32,000 nt of DNA from Parasynechococcus marenigrum WH 8102. GTDB taxonomy: Bacteria > Cyanobacteriota > Cyanobacteriia > PCC-6307 > Cyanobiaceae. Positions 8,612 through 16,878 of the stretch are shown here, piece by piece; position 1 is the first letter of the stretch, and every line of letters begins with the position of its first letter. Below the pieces are notes generated by a model. The model was not told the origin of the DNA. It did no database searches and saw only the letters and a list, made by a program, of their open reading frames with translations. The DNA lies in the NCBI RefSeq assembly GCF_000195975.1, contig NC_005070.1:1890001-1922000 (forward strand), read 5' to 3'. The position numbers and the translations under genes are program-made.

Positions 8612-9130
8612 TCAAGCGGAGAGCAGGTCGATCTGCGGGTCATCGATGTACTCGGTGTCACCCTCAGCGTCGTCACTGACCGCTTCGTCTTCCACCCGCT
8701 CGTCTTCGATCGCCTCGTCGAGATCACCTTGAGGTTCCGATGGGGATGTGTCCTCAGCGTGGAGAGCAACCACCTGCGCCGGAGCCAGACGATCTCGGAG
8801 CAGGCGCACCTTCTCCTCACTGGCTGACAGCAACTCGCCAGCGTCATCACTGATGGCGTCTTGATCGTCATCGGCGATCTGGCTCTTCTCCACTTCAGCC
8901 AGCCTCGCCTCCAGGGCCATCACACGATCAGCCAGTGTCTCGGCCACTTCACTGAGGTTCAGCAGATGGGTGCACAACTGCTGCTCGAACGCGGTGCGCG
9001 GGGAGGAGGTGGTCACCGGGCTGGCCTCGTGTTGAGAAATTTCGCTGATGGTATCGATGCTGAAGCGGCTGTCCACGGGCTGCCTGACAGGCGGCTGATC
9101 GCAGGAAGCTGGCTTAAATTCCTGACCCAA
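8612..9130 (-). CDS. Acidic coiled-coil hypothetical protein
   Basis: 172-aa ORF with GC-rich third positions like the neighbouring genes. It has a central heptad-like stretch (LADRVMALEARLAEVEKS) and a very acidic C-terminus. The only start at the ORF top is TTG9130, so the start is uncertain. Confidence 0.5.
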   Translation of the reverse strand: MGQEFKPASCDQPPVRQPVDSRFSIDTISEISQHEASPVTTSSPRTAFEQQLCTHLLNLSEVAETLADRVMALEARLAEVEKSQIADDDQDAISDDAGELLSASEEKVRLLRDRLAPAQVVALHAEDTSPSEPQGDLDEAIEDERVEDEAVSDDAEGDTEYIDDPQIDLLSA

Positions 9131-9144
9131 GAGCGCGGGTGTTG

Positions 9145-9813
9145 ATGTCCAGGCTGAGCAAGGTGCTGAAGATCAGCGCCTGGGTGGCGGCATTCATCGT
9201 TGTCGTCGTGCTGCTGCAGCGCTACGGCATTGCACCGCTTCAGGACGCCGTGAAAGGGATGGGGTTCTGGGCGCCGCTCGGCCTGTTTCTGCTGCGGGGC
9301 GTAAGCATTATTCTTCCGGCCCTGCCGAGCTCGATCTATTCGCTACTGGCAGGTTCCCTGCTGGGCTTCCAAACCGGATACCTCACGATCACCCTCTCGG
9401 ATCTGGTGTTCTGCAGCACGGCATTTTTCATCGCCCGTCGCTGGGGTCGTGGTCCGGTGAGCCGTCTGGTGGGGGCCAGCGCGATGAAACGCATCGATGG
9501 CTTCAGCAAGAACCAGCTGGAGGGCAACTTCTTTTTGATGACGGGCCTGCTGATGACGGGTCTGTTTGATTTCCTCAGCTATGCCATCGGTATCAGCCGC
9601 ACCCATTGGCGGGTGTTCGCGCCAGCGCTGCTGATCAGCGTGTTGATCAGTGATTCGATCCTCGTGGCCGTGGGCGCTGGCGTGGCCCAGGGCGCCAGCC
9701 TCACCCTCGGCTTGGCTCTGCTCGCCATGTTTGCTCTGGCCACCTTCACAGGACTGATGAAACGGAAAGCAGCGTCCAAGGACGCCCCCCATCCCCCCGT
9801 GCACCCAGGCTGA
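9145..9813 (+). CDS. TVP38/TMEM64 (DedA-related, VTT-domain) membrane protein
   Basis: Multiple predicted TM helices and the family-like segment LLAGSLLGFQTGYLTITLSDLVFCSTAFFIARRWGRGPV. The first ATG is 9145; the ORF track opens at GTG9139. Confidence 0.65.
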   Translation: MSRLSKVLKISAWVAAFIVVVVLLQRYGIAPLQDAVKGMGFWAPLGLFLLRGVSIILPALPSSIYSLLAGSLLGFQTGYLTITLSDLVFCSTAFFIARRWGRGPVSRLVGASAMKRIDGFSKNQLEGNFFLMTGLLMTGLFDFLSYAIGISRTHWRVFAPALLISVLISDSILVAVGAGVAQGASLTLGLALLAMFALATFTGLMKRKAASKDAPHPPVHPG

Positions 9814-9923
9814 TCACAGACAGCAGATCCCTTCACCCGTGCATGTCGAATCACCCGCCAACCAGGCTGCGGTGATTGTTTTAGGGAACACTGGTTACGT
9901 TGATGCGATGAGGCCTTTTCTCG

Positions 9924-10355
9924 ATGAGCGCGCTTGCTGATCCGAGAATCGAAGCGTTACAGAATCAGGCCGGGGCTAGTGGTGAATTGGATCTGCCCAT
10001 CGGCGAAGGATGTTTCCGCATCAACCTGCGCGACGAGAACATCGAGCTCTGGCAAGAGACGCTGGAGCAGCAGAACGCAACCCAAAGCACCCAACTGTTG
10101 CTCGCCTGCGAAGAAAGCGGCGGTGAACTGAAGGACACCCGACTCACCTGGGTGGTGGGTTCAGCCATTCGCAGAGCCAGCGCCAACAGCCCCACCGCAG
10201 CAGCTCTGTTGTTGCAACAACTTGGCATCCCTGAGCCTCTGACCAAGGCCGCTGTCGATCGTTGCCCGGGGCTTGGTGACGACCTGGTGTGGGCCTTTTA
10301 TCTGGAACGTCATGGCTGGCTCATTGCTACCCCTGTCGCCGCCATCCAGCCTTGA
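9924..10355 (+). CDS. Hypothetical protein, translationally coupled to the aplA-like gene
   Basis: 143-aa ORF with an ATG start. Its TGA stop (10353-10355) overlaps the next ATG (10355-10357) as TGATG. No recognisable domain. Confidence 0.5.
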   Translation: MSALADPRIEALQNQAGASGELDLPIGEGCFRINLRDENIELWQETLEQQNATQSTQLLLACEESGGELKDTRLTWVVGSAIRRASANSPTAAALLLQQLGIPEPLTKAAVDRCPGLGDDLVWAFYLERHGWLIATPVAAIQP

Positions 10356-10927
10356 TGGCTGACATCCCTGACTTGGCAGAGCTGATTCGCAGCGCTCAAG
10401 TGCAAGGCCTCAGCAGCGACCACTCTTTGCATGAAGAAGCGCGCCAGATCATTGGGGCAGCAGATCAGGAGCGTCGCCAACTCAGCCAGGAGGAACTGCT
10501 GAGCCTCTGCGCAGCCTCTGGACAGGATGCGTCACTGCCCCGAAGGCTCCAAAACCATGCGGATGACCTGGTGAACCAGGCCAGATGCCACCTGCTGGAG
10601 CAACAACCACAGCTCGTGCAGCCCGGCGGAGCCCTCTTCCCCGGCGAGCGGGCCGATGCCTGCTGGCGGGACTGCTGGCACTTTCTGCGCGTGATCGTTT
10701 ATGCCGTGGCCTGCCAGCGAAGCAACTTCACAAACCCCACTGGCATGGCAGCCCTTCGTGAGTTGTATCAGCGGATGGGCGTGCCAACGGAGGGCCTGAA
10801 TATCGCCCTCATGCAGCTCAACGTGCTTGCAGCGCAGGAGTTTGAGCGAGGAGCAGATCAGGAGCTCATCAACGCCTGCTTCCAACACCTGATCGAGCAG
10901 CTCAATAAAACTGCAGTTAAGAGCTGA
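10355..10927 (+). CDS. aplA: Allophycocyanin-like phycobiliprotein paralogue (AplA-like)
   Basis: Translation from ATG10355 (MADIPDLAEL...) has the phycobiliprotein core GGALFPGERADACWRDCWHFLRVIVYAVA. This aligns with [29 protein letters not shown] of the rpcB in this window and keeps the Cys-82-equivalent. Confidence 0.65.
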   Translation: MADIPDLAELIRSAQVQGLSSDHSLHEEARQIIGAADQERRQLSQEELLSLCAASGQDASLPRRLQNHADDLVNQARCHLLEQQPQLVQPGGALFPGERADACWRDCWHFLRVIVYAVACQRSNFTNPTGMAALRELYQRMGVPTEGLNIALMQLNVLAAQEFERGADQELINACFQHLIEQLNKTAVKS

Positions 10928-10998
10928 TAAGAGAAAAAAAAGACTCCTTCGGGCCACGAGAGGATCAGCCTCTAGGCATTTCCACTCACGGCACGCGC

Positions 10999-11757
10999 AT
11001 GGCCCTCCCGCTCCTCGGATATCCGCTCAGCACGCAGAACTGTCGGGTCAGCAACCTGGCCGGTGACAACAGCACCGTCCAGAGCCCGCTCTACGGAACG
11101 TCTGCCGCCGGAGATGAAAGCACTCGGGCCGAGATGGACCGCCTGATCGAGCACGCCTACCTGCAGGTGTTTTTCCACGCCATGCGAAGCGATCGCGAAC
11201 CATTCCTAGAATCCCAATTGCGCAGCGGCAACATCACTGTTCGCGATTTCATCCGCGGCCTTCTGCTCTCCGAGAGGTTCCAGCAGGGGTACTACCAGTG
11301 CAACTTGAACTATCGGATGGTGGATCAGGTCGTGGGCCGTGTTCTCGGTCGACCCGTCCATAGCGATGCCGAACAGCGAGCATGGTCGATTGTGATCGGG
11401 GAGAAGGGTTTCACAGCATTCGTTGATGCCCTGCTGGACAGCAGCGAGTACATGGACAGCTTCGGCTATGACCTCGTGCCGCAGCAACGATCGAGGCTGC
11501 TCCCCGGGCGGGCCCTCGGTGAAACGCCTATCCACCAACAGTTCCCGCGCTACGGGGCCGATTGGCGGGATGCACTGCAGGATCGGGCCCCAAGCAATCA
11601 AGCCGCTCAGATGCAACAGCTGGAGACCTCTGCGGCCTGGGTCAACGGCCAGCCTCCGGCCTTCGCGCTTAGGATCTGGCTTGGACTTGCCCTGGTAGGA
11701 GGATTTGAACTGGGACGGGTGGTCCTTACGATCGCTTTGGCAATGGCGAAAAGTTGA
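10999..11757 (+). CDS. cpcG2: Phycobilisome rod-core linker CpcG2 (CpcL-like, hydrophobic C-terminal tail)
   Basis: CpcG-type linker domain (EHAYLQVFFHAMRSDREPFLESQLRSGNITVRDFIRGLLLSERF...DSFGYDLVPQQR). It ends in a hydrophobic segment (FALRIWLGLALVGGFELGRVVLTIALAMA). Confidence 0.8.
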   Translation: MALPLLGYPLSTQNCRVSNLAGDNSTVQSPLYGTSAAGDESTRAEMDRLIEHAYLQVFFHAMRSDREPFLESQLRSGNITVRDFIRGLLLSERFQQGYYQCNLNYRMVDQVVGRVLGRPVHSDAEQRAWSIVIGEKGFTAFVDALLDSSEYMDSFGYDLVPQQRSRLLPGRALGETPIHQQFPRYGADWRDALQDRAPSNQAAQMQQLETSAAWVNGQPPAFALRIWLGLALVGGFELGRVVLTIALAMAKS

Positions 11758-11758
11758 C

Positions 11759-12472
11759 ATGTCCACCACCGGATCTGCACCCCTCAACCTGCGTGAGTGG
11801 ACGGCACCGGAAAAGCTCTTACCAAACGGTTCACCTCTAGTACCCGTTGATGCAAGAGGTGCTGACTGGCACGGGATCGAGTTGGGCGAGCTCGATTTAC
11901 GCGGAGCAAAGCTTTGTCGCTGCGATTTACGAGGCACAGATCTCAGTCATTGCCAACTTGATGGCGCTGATCTCCGCCTAGCTCGCTACGACAGCCAAAC
12001 CGTCGTACCTGTTGGTTTCGACTTGAGCAACAGTGGAGCTGTGGGGCCCGGCGCCAAGCTCAACGGTGTATATCTCAACAGCTCCGACCTGCGAGGCATG
12101 GATCTGCGGGGAAGCATGCTGCTTGGCAGCTATCTGAGTGGAGCTGACTTAAGCGGAGCGATACTTGATGGAGTTTCACTGGCCGGTTCAGATCTCCGGT
12201 CGTCCACCATGCGGGGAGCAATGTGCCGCGGGACACGATTCGGCACCTGCGAACTAGACATGGCTGATCTTCGCGGCGCTAACTTGGAAGGAGCTGTTCT
12301 AGAAACGGTCGAGTCGATCAGAGGCGCCGATTTTTCCCTCTGCACAGGGCTGGGCGCTCAGATCGATGCTCTGTTGTCCCGATCAGTTGCAGAACTCGAT
12401 TGCTGGAACCCCTTAACACGCTCTACAACACGTGACAGCCTTGAATCGTTACGGGCTGCGAGGTCTGATTAG
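11759..12472 (+). CDS. Pentapeptide-repeat protein
   Basis: Long runs of A(D/N)LxG-type pentapeptides (GADLSGAILDGVSLAGSDLRSSTMRGAMCRG...). ATG11759 lies one base after the cpcG2 stop; the ORF track opens earlier on a non-ATG codon. Confidence 0.8.
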   Translation: MSTTGSAPLNLREWTAPEKLLPNGSPLVPVDARGADWHGIELGELDLRGAKLCRCDLRGTDLSHCQLDGADLRLARYDSQTVVPVGFDLSNSGAVGPGAKLNGVYLNSSDLRGMDLRGSMLLGSYLSGADLSGAILDGVSLAGSDLRSSTMRGAMCRGTRFGTCELDMADLRGANLEGAVLETVESIRGADFSLCTGLGAQIDALLSRSVAELDCWNPLTRSTTRDSLESLRAARSD

Positions 12473-12650
12473 CCCCGGCCTGCCCACTTACAGCCACAAA
12501 GCCCTAACCCACAACCGCTTGGCGGCGAGGGAATTCGGCAAAAAGGTCACTCCACGCAACACATGAACACACTTGATTGAGGTTTATAAAGAACACGTTC
12601 TGTCAGAACGCTTCTGACGGAGCATTGCATGGCGAAACGTCAGAGCATCC

Positions 12651-13535
12651 ATGCCCTTTGGACCTGCCTCACTTCTAGGGGTCGAACGCTTCTCGGAAGA
12701 GAGTGAGGCACCATTCGAGCTGATCCCTGGCGATGACGATGCCCGAAAAGAACAAATCATTCGGGCGGTGTACAAGCAGGTTCTTGGCAATGCTTATGTC
12801 ATGGACAGCGAGCGTCAGGTTGTCGCTGAATCTCAGTTCAAGCTTGGAGAGATCAGCGTCCGTGACCTGGTTCGCCGCATAGCCAAGAGCGACCTGTATC
12901 GCAGCCGCTTCTTTGAAAGCTGCGCACGCTACCGCTACATCGAGTTGGCCTTCCGTCACCTACTGGGTCGTGCGCCCGCCGACTTTGAGGAAATGCGTGG
13001 CCATTCTGAGCGGCTTGACAGCAGTGGATACGACGCCGACATCGACAGCTTCGTGGACTCTGATGAGTATCAGAACGCTTTCGGGGAATGGACGGTGCCC
13101 TTTCAACGGGGTTGGAAAACCGAAAGCTGTGGAACCATGCAGGAATTCACCTGGAGCTTTCAACTGTTGCGAGGCAATAGCAGCAGCAGTCTGAAAGGAG
13201 ACCTTGCTGGCATCAGCAGCAAGCTCGGTGGTTCTGCATACCAGAACCGTGCCATCCCCGTGGTTCCACCGTCTTCAACCGAAGCCTTGGGATGGAGCTT
13301 CCGTCCTTCCCCAAATCTGCAGGATGCACCAACTCGCCTGGGGGTCGGCGCAGGCGAGCAAGGCCTCACATATCGCGTGGAGGTCACCGCTTACAGCGCC
13401 AACAACGTTCGTCGGATCTCCCGCTACACCCGCAGCAACCGGGTCTTCTACGTGCCGTTCGACAAGCTCTCGGAGCAGTTCAAACGCATTCACCGCGAAG
13501 GAGGAAAGATCGCCAGCATCACGCCGGTGACCTGA
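12651..13535 (+). CDS. cpeC: Phycoerythrin-I rod linker CpeC (PBS-linker domain plus CpcD-like tail)
   Basis: Linker core VYKQVLGNAYVMDSER...ISVRDLVRRIAKSDLYRSRFF...ELAFRHLLGRAP, and a C-terminal CpcD-like domain YRVEVTAYS...FYVPFDKLSEQFKRIHREGGKIASITPV. First gene of a cpeC-mpeD-cpeE block. Confidence 0.8.
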   Translation: MPFGPASLLGVERFSEESEAPFELIPGDDDARKEQIIRAVYKQVLGNAYVMDSERQVVAESQFKLGEISVRDLVRRIAKSDLYRSRFFESCARYRYIELAFRHLLGRAPADFEEMRGHSERLDSSGYDADIDSFVDSDEYQNAFGEWTVPFQRGWKTESCGTMQEFTWSFQLLRGNSSSSLKGDLAGISSKLGGSAYQNRAIPVVPPSSTEALGWSFRPSPNLQDAPTRLGVGAGEQGLTYRVEVTAYSANNVRRISRYTRSNRVFYVPFDKLSEQFKRIHREGGKIASITPVT

Positions 13536-13590
13536 AGCCCCCCTCACTGAAATCACGTACACCAGACCACTTCAAAACCTCACCTGAACA

Positions 13591-15237
13591 ATGGCCAGCA
13601 ATCAAACATCACTCGGCTTTGGAGCAACCACGAAGTGGGGAAATCCAGTCAGCTTCCAGCGCAAAGGCCAAGCTGGTCAGAAGCCGGCCCTGACAATTGG
13701 GGAGTTCAAGAAGCAATCCTGCGATCAAATGGCGATCGGGGTGGGGCCCCGTAGTCACGCCGACTGCCCTCACCGTGTCACAAGTGAGTGCTACAGCCCG
13801 GAGGACAATGGTTCTCTAGAGACAGTCATTGCAGCGTCGTACCGACAGGTCTTCGGGAACGCTCATGTCATGAATTTTGAGCGGTGCACAGAACTTGAAG
13901 CTCAGCTCAGGGACGGCCGTCTGACAGTGCGTGATTTCATTAGAGGTCTGGCAAAGTCAAGCTTCTACAAGAGCCGGTTCTTCAACAGCGTTGCTCCACA
14001 GCGGGGTGTTGAACTGAATGTCAAACATCTTCTAGGGCGCGCTCCGGAAACTCAGGCTGAGATTTCTGCCATGATCACCCTGCAGGCAGAACAGGGGCAG
14101 GGAGCCCTGATCGACAGCATCGTCGATTCAGCTGAATACCTCGAGGTATTTGGAAGCGATGTTGTGCCTTATGCCCGCTCTTGGAGTTCTCCTGCAGACC
14201 TCTCGACTGCTGCATTCCCGATGCTGGCAGCTCTCGAGAAGAGTTTCGCCGGCAGTGATAGTGCCCGTGGAGGAAGCCCTGCGCTAACCAGAAGCCTGGC
14301 CTCCGGCATAGCTCCTCGGATCAGCGTCCCGAGTCAGGCCGTGGGCGTGCGTCCCTCCGCAAGCTTCACTTCTGGTCGTTTCAGCAGCAAAGCTCCTGGC
14401 ATCACCAGTGGTAATGACTCCGCTCCGCTTCGCGGCGACGCATACGTCACCTTCGGTCTTGGTCAGCGTGAGCAGGAAACATTTCAGCGTTGCCCAGGAG
14501 ACAGCCCGGATCAGCTCAATGCCCTGATTCGCTCTGCATACAAACAGGTCATGGGTAACCCCCACCTGATGGAGTTTGAACGCGCTCTGTCGGCAGAAAG
14601 CAAGTTCATTGATGGTTATTTGAGCACCCGTGAATTTGTGCGGGCTGTCGGCCTTTCAGCTGAATACAAGCGGCGATTCTTCGAAACCAACGCTCCTTAT
14701 CGATTCATCGAGCTGAACTTCAAACATTTCCTCGGTAGAGCCCCACAGTCTCAGGCGGAGATCAGCGAACACACCAAGATCCTCGCCGAAGGTGGTTATG
14801 AAGCTGAAATCTGCAGCTACGTAGACAGCGTGGAGTATCAGAGCATCTTTGGTGAAGACACCATTCCATACGCCAGGATCCTTACCGAAAACGGCCGCTC
14901 CCAGGTTGCCTTCAATCGACATCTCAGCCTGGCAGAAGGCTTCGCAGCTAGTGACACGGTCCTGAGCAGCTCCTCTCTTGTCTCCTCCGTTGCCACAGGA
15001 ATGGTTCCCAGTGGATGGAGTGCTACGACCACCCGAATCAACCGAACTGGAACACAGTCAGGCGCTCCTGATCCCACGAAGAAGCGCTTCCGGATTGTCG
15101 TAGCAACCCAGGCAGCTCGGTCACGTCAGCGCACCGCAGGAAACACTTATCTCGTCTCCGGCAAGGACATGTCCAGCCAAATGAAGTACATCCATGCACG
15201 TGGAGGCAAAATTGTCTCCATCACTGAGGTGATGTAA
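13591..15237 (+). CDS. mpeD: Double-domain PE-II/PE-I linker MpeD (two PBS-linker domains plus CpcD-like tail)
   Basis: The 548-aa protein has two linker cores (SYRQVFGNAHVMNFER...TVRDFIRGLAKSSFYKSRFF and AYKQVMGNPHLMEFER...STREFVRAVGLSAEYKRRFF). It also has the N-terminal motif SCDQMAIGVGPRSHADCPH and the C-terminal FRIVVAT...MKYIHARGGKIVSITEV. Confidence 0.85.
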   Translation: MASNQTSLGFGATTKWGNPVSFQRKGQAGQKPALTIGEFKKQSCDQMAIGVGPRSHADCPHRVTSECYSPEDNGSLETVIAASYRQVFGNAHVMNFERCTELEAQLRDGRLTVRDFIRGLAKSSFYKSRFFNSVAPQRGVELNVKHLLGRAPETQAEISAMITLQAEQGQGALIDSIVDSAEYLEVFGSDVVPYARSWSSPADLSTAAFPMLAALEKSFAGSDSARGGSPALTRSLASGIAPRISVPSQAVGVRPSASFTSGRFSSKAPGITSGNDSAPLRGDAYVTFGLGQREQETFQRCPGDSPDQLNALIRSAYKQVMGNPHLMEFERALSAESKFIDGYLSTREFVRAVGLSAEYKRRFFETNAPYRFIELNFKHFLGRAPQSQAEISEHTKILAEGGYEAEICSYVDSVEYQSIFGEDTIPYARILTENGRSQVAFNRHLSLAEGFAASDTVLSSSSLVSSVATGMVPSGWSATTTRINRTGTQSGAPDPTKKRFRIVVATQAARSRQRTAGNTYLVSGKDMSSQMKYIHARGGKIVSITEVM

Positions 15238-15261
15238 GAGCAGATCTAGTCCTGCCATAGG

Positions 15262-15283
15262 GGGCCGCCGCCTGAAGCGGCCC
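15262..15283 (+). other. GC-rich intercistronic stem-loop between mpeD and cpeE
   Basis: GGGCCGC (15262-15268) / GCGGCCC (15277-15283) with an 8-nt loop. Only a weak T-tract follows, so it is more likely an RNA stability/processing hairpin or a leaky terminator. Confidence 0.35.
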
Positions 15284-15311
15284 TTATAGATTTCAAACCC
15301 ATTCCAGCATC

Positions 15312-16046
15312 ATGACTGAGCCCACAACTCTTGCTTCACAACCCAACGTTGATACCAGTCATGCTGCTGTGGTCGTTCAACAAACGTATCGCCAGGTCTT
15401 CGGAAACCGACACCTGATGGAGCTTGATGTCAATAGCTCCATCGAGGCACTATTCATGAATGGAGATCTCACCGTCCAGGGTTTTGTCATGGCCCTCGCG
15501 CAGTCTGACACTTACAAAAAACTGTTCTTTGAGACCAATAGTCCCTATCAGTTTGTTGAACTTAATTTCAAGCACCTTCTTGGCCGACCTCCTCATGATC
15601 AGGTCGAGCTAATGAATCACGTGAGACTGCTGCAAGACGAAGGATTTGAAGCCGAGATAGCAAGCTATGTCTACAGCGAAGAATATCTTTCAGCCTTCGG
15701 AGTCGATCAGGTCCCATACAACCGCGCCTCAGAAAGCATGGTTGGAGGACGAACCCTGAACTACACCCGATCAAGAGTTGTTGATGCAGGTTACGCCGGA
15801 TACGACAGTGCTGAGCGCCAGTCCAAGTTGCTTCAAAGCCTGTGCTCAGGCAACTCACCAGACGTGGTTGATCGCAAGAGTGTCGGAAACGCCAACTCCT
15901 TAACGATCAATTGGACGTCACGCCGCCAGGTTGGAGCCAATCGGCGCGCTGTACAGAAATCGGTGGTCAACCAGACATCCATGTCGGCAACGATTCGCTC
16001 GATCCTGTCCCAAGGCGGAAAGATCCTTTCTATTGCGAAGGCTTAA
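15312..16046 (+). CDS. cpeE: Phycoerythrin rod linker CpeE
   Basis: Single linker core (TYRQVFGNRHLMELD...TVQGFVMALAQSDTYKKLFF...ELNFKHLLGRPP) and a degenerate CpcD-like C-terminus (...IRSILSQGGKILSIAKA). Third gene of the linker block. Confidence 0.78.
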   Translation: MTEPTTLASQPNVDTSHAAVVVQQTYRQVFGNRHLMELDVNSSIEALFMNGDLTVQGFVMALAQSDTYKKLFFETNSPYQFVELNFKHLLGRPPHDQVELMNHVRLLQDEGFEAEIASYVYSEEYLSAFGVDQVPYNRASESMVGGRTLNYTRSRVVDAGYAGYDSAERQSKLLQSLCSGNSPDVVDRKSVGNANSLTINWTSRRQVGANRRAVQKSVVNQTSMSATIRSILSQGGKILSIAKA

Positions 16047-16327
16047 TCCATAGCGCTTTTTCCACAATCCAGACAGGCAAATCAGTCATGATTGCCGAGT
16101 GGTCATACAAAGGCGACCCTCAAGAACACATTCACCAGATTCAAATCGGAAACGGTTTTTCCCAATGCCAATTCTTCGCCCATTTTCAAGAGAACAACCG
16201 ACTCAGAACACAGCTTTTCAGCAATCAGTAGCTTCTGCACCAATGGCCATGTCGATGATGATCGATTCAATGGTTAACATGATGCATAGCAATCGCCAGC
16301 CGCTGGATGAGCACAATATTAAAAAGT

Positions 16328-16870
16328 ATGACGATTGAGCAATTTGTTGCTCAAAGTGTGGGTAAATGGCGCTCCATGAGATCAGGCCATTCTCTCGCTT
16401 TTCAACAATTTGAAGACGTTCTTAGCGAAGTAATTATTGAATCCATCGAGAAAGACGATTCTGCTGTTCAAGATTTACTCTCAACCGCAACTTCTAACCA
16501 AGGACATAGCTCCGACATCGTCGCGCCATTCAGGATGGAATGGTCAGCTGAAAGTGACTGGGAGCCCGAAGATCCATCTCAAGTTTCATCAGGCTCGTGC
16601 CTGATCATCCCACTGAAAAAAAATGATTATTCTGGCATCTTGATCAGAAGTGTGGGGTATGCTGAATCCGAATTAGCAGAGTCGACATACCAGTTTTTAG
16701 ACGATGGCACATTCTTGCTTACAACGCATTATGAGCAATCAATGGCAGAGGAAAGAATCTGGTTTGTTTCAGACAATGTTCGGTGCAGATCATCTGTATT
16801 GAAGACATCTGCAGGCTCAGGAGTTCTACAAACTTCATTTGCCTCTGAAGTCAGACGAGTCAAGGCCTAG
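16328..16870 (+). CDS. cpeS: S/U-type phycobilin lyase CpeS
   Basis: N-terminus MTIEQFVAQSVGKWRSMRSGHSLAFQQFE is the CpcS/CpeS lipocalin-like lyase signature. It sits upstream of cpeT and cpeR. The alternative upstream ATG at 16307 is less likely. Confidence 0.82.
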   Translation: MTIEQFVAQSVGKWRSMRSGHSLAFQQFEDVLSEVIIESIEKDDSAVQDLLSTATSNQGHSSDIVAPFRMEWSAESDWEPEDPSQVSSGSCLIIPLKKNDYSGILIRSVGYAESELAESTYQFLDDGTFLLTTHYEQSMAEERIWFVSDNVRCRSSVLKTSAGSGVLQTSFASEVRRVKA

Positions 16871-16878
16871 AGATACAC

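Noticed and set aside
11206-11937. 243-aa minus-strand ORF antisense to cpcG2
   Set aside because: It is a shadow ORF opposite a well-supported linker gene.
12560-12650. TATAAA box, an imperfect hairpin (TCTGTCAGAA/TTCTGACGGA) and a GCATGG...CCATGC pairing around the cpeC start, plus a 25-codon out-of-frame upstream ORF
   Set aside because: There is no convincing -35 element at proper spacing, the hairpins are short or mismatched, and the uORF has no supporting features. The evidence is too weak to call a promoter or riboregulator.
16139-16149. ATTCAAATCGG resembling the tRNA-Phe T-arm (GTTCAAATCTGG), a possible att-site duplicate
   Set aside because: There is only an 8-nt exact match with an indel, which is expected by chance in 32 kb on two strands. 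No longer duplicate of the tRNA 3' half was found by eye, and there is no integrase.
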